Source: Bacillota bacterium
Lineage (GTDB): Bacteria > Bacillota > Clostridia > Christensenellales > CAG-138
Reading direction: 5' to 3'
Length of the DNA: 64,000 bases
NCBI GenBank assembly: GCA_023459335.1
Contig: JAEWUO010000003.1
Coordinates: 3,361-67,360 of the forward strand
In this document: in pieces, positions 62,952-64,000 of the stretch
Layout: each line of letters opens with the position of its first letter
How positions within the stretch are numbered: position 1 is the stretch's first letter
Translations under genes and position numbers: made by a program
The notes under the pieces: generated by a model
The model's input: only the letters and a program-made list of their open reading frames with translations
Databases searched by the model: none
Told to the model about the DNA's origin: nothing

Positions 62952-63632
62952 TCAGCGGCTTCCCTTTTCCGATATTGCGTTGAGCAGCGCAGCCAGCGCC
63001 TGCTCTATGGTCAGATTAGTCGTATCGATCAGCATCGAATCTTCCGTCTTTCTCAAAGGCATATAGGGGCGCGTGGTATCCTGAAGATCCCGCGCCTTGA
63101 TGTCGGCCAGCACTTCTTCGTAGGTTTCCTTTTCGCTGCCGCGGGAGCGAAGCTCCAGGAGCCTCCGCTCGGCGCGCACTTCCGGCGTTGCGGTGACGAA
63201 AAACTTGTATTTTGTGTGCGGAAGGACATTTGTTGTGATGTCCCGCCCGTCCATGACTACGTCGTAATTTCGTCCGACCTCGCGCTGCAGTTCGGCGAGT
63301 TTCCGGCGTACGCACGGGTGCTTGCTGACTGTGGACGCGCCCATGGCGATCTCCTGCGTGCGCAGGCTGTCGGTCACGTCCTCGCCGCAGAGCAGCACGC
63401 GCTGCCCGCGTCCGTCGTAGATCACGCGAATGTCCGCGTCGTCCAGAATCGTTTTCATCGCGTCCTCGTCGTTTACGCTCACGCCGCGGCGCACGGCAAA
63501 CATCGCCATCGCGCGGTACATGGAGCCCGTGTCGAGATAGCGGATCCGGAGTGTGTTCGCGACGGCTTTCGCCAACGTGGATTTGCCCGCGCCGGAAGGC
63601 CCGTCGATCGCGATGTTGAGATGTTCTGCCAT
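62952..63632 (-). CDS. cmk: (d)CMP kinase
   Basis: IAIDGPSGAGKST P-loop and YLDTGSMYRA. Confidence 0.95.
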   Translation of the reverse strand: MAEHLNIAIDGPSGAGKSTLAKAVANTLRIRYLDTGSMYRAMAMFAVRRGVSVNDEDAMKTILDDADIRVIYDGRGQRVLLCGEDVTDSLRTQEIAMGASTVSKHPCVRRKLAELQREVGRNYDVVMDGRDITTNVLPHTKYKFFVTATPEVRAERRLLELRSRGSEKETYEEVLADIKARDLQDTTRPYMPLRKTEDSMLIDTTNLTIEQALAALLNAISEKGSR

Positions 63633-63635
63633 TGA

Positions 63636-64000
63636 TTATTCCGTCCGTTCCTGTATACTGTCCCCCGCCAGCGCGCCTGTCGACCAGGCGATCTGCAGGT
63701 TATAGCCTCCCGTCGTCGCGTCGACGTCTAGCACTTCTCCCGCGAAATAGAGCCCTTTAACGCGTTTGCTCTCCATCGTGGAAGCGTTGACGTCCTTGAC
63801 GCTGACGCCGCCGCGCGTAACCACCGCTTCGTCAAGCCCGCGCGCACCTTCAACCGTCAGAGGCAGGTTCTTGAGCGTTTCCACGAGTTTCTGCCGCATC
63901 GCTTTGCTGAATTCGCCGACCGGTTTTGACCCGTCGATTTGCGAAAGTTCCAGCACTGTTTCCAACAGCCGCTGCGGAAGCAGCGCGTGCAGCGCAGTCT
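63636..64000 (-). CDS. HI0933/BaiN-like NAD(P)/FAD-dependent flavoprotein, C-terminal part (5' end outside window)
   Basis: TRGGVSVKDVNASTMESKRVKGLYFAGEVLDVDATTGGYNLQIAWSTG is the family's C-terminal signature. The frame stays open to the window edge. Confidence 0.8.
   Translation of the reverse strand, partial: TALHALLPQRLLETVLELSQIDGSKPVGEFSKAMRQKLVETLKNLPLTVEGARGLDEAVVTRGGVSVKDVNASTMESKRVKGLYFAGEVLDVDATTGGYNLQIAWSTGALAGDSIQERTE

Noticed and set aside
1-64000. CRISPR arrays, rRNA genes, prophage, integrase or toxin-antitoxin/defence islands
   Set aside because: I saw no regularly spaced repeat arrays, rRNA-like sequence, phage structural or integrase genes, or recognisable defence-system proteins in any frame. 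The only mobile DNA detected is the decayed IS at 49.4-50.9 kb.

Overview
This window is a 64-kb chromosomal segment from a high-GC, Gram-positive-type anaerobe. My inference is Clostridia, possibly Oscillospiraceae-like, based on an IspH-S1 fusion gene, a T-box leader, a Spo0A-C-domain protein, a glycyl-radical enzyme and the conserved flavoprotein-cmk-plsC-ispH/rpsA block. I did not run any taxonomic or homology search. I call about 62 protein-coding genes, 2 tRNAs (Ala-CGC, Arg-ACG), one decayed IS element, one further pseudogene (YdeI family), one T-box leader, and a set of rho-independent terminators and near-consensus promoters. Housekeeping content includes prfC, pyrG, glmS, clpB, asnB, cmk, plsC, ispH-rpsA, nfo, rmuC and a stand-alone trpB. 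Accessory content includes a TetR-controlled ABC-2 exporter and tandem GNAT paralogs. It also includes several cell-envelope glycosylation genes: three GT4 genes, a GtrB-like GT2, a GtrA gene and three GT-C-like polytopic membrane proteins, two of them in visibly AT-richer islands. The best candidate for something undescribed is a tightly coupled three-gene operon at 27.8-32.1 kb. It encodes a glycyl-radical enzyme with a Cys/Glu (eliminase-type) active-site loop, its activase, and an internally duplicated split-barrel-like protein that is not a usual GRE partner. An orphan Spo0A-C-domain regulator, an Fe-alcohol dehydrogenase and an orphan ThiF/E1-like gene follow it. Other conserved-but-uncharacterised modules are a GGGtGRT/NifU-like pair, a DUF134/DUF5320 Cys-His-rich pair, and a ribbon-helix-helix gene fused into the clpB operon. 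All protein family calls rest on motifs I recognise in the supplied translations. All coordinates of small sites were counted by hand. Many long ORFs in the track are antisense or frame-shadow ORFs typical of high-GC DNA and were not annotated.
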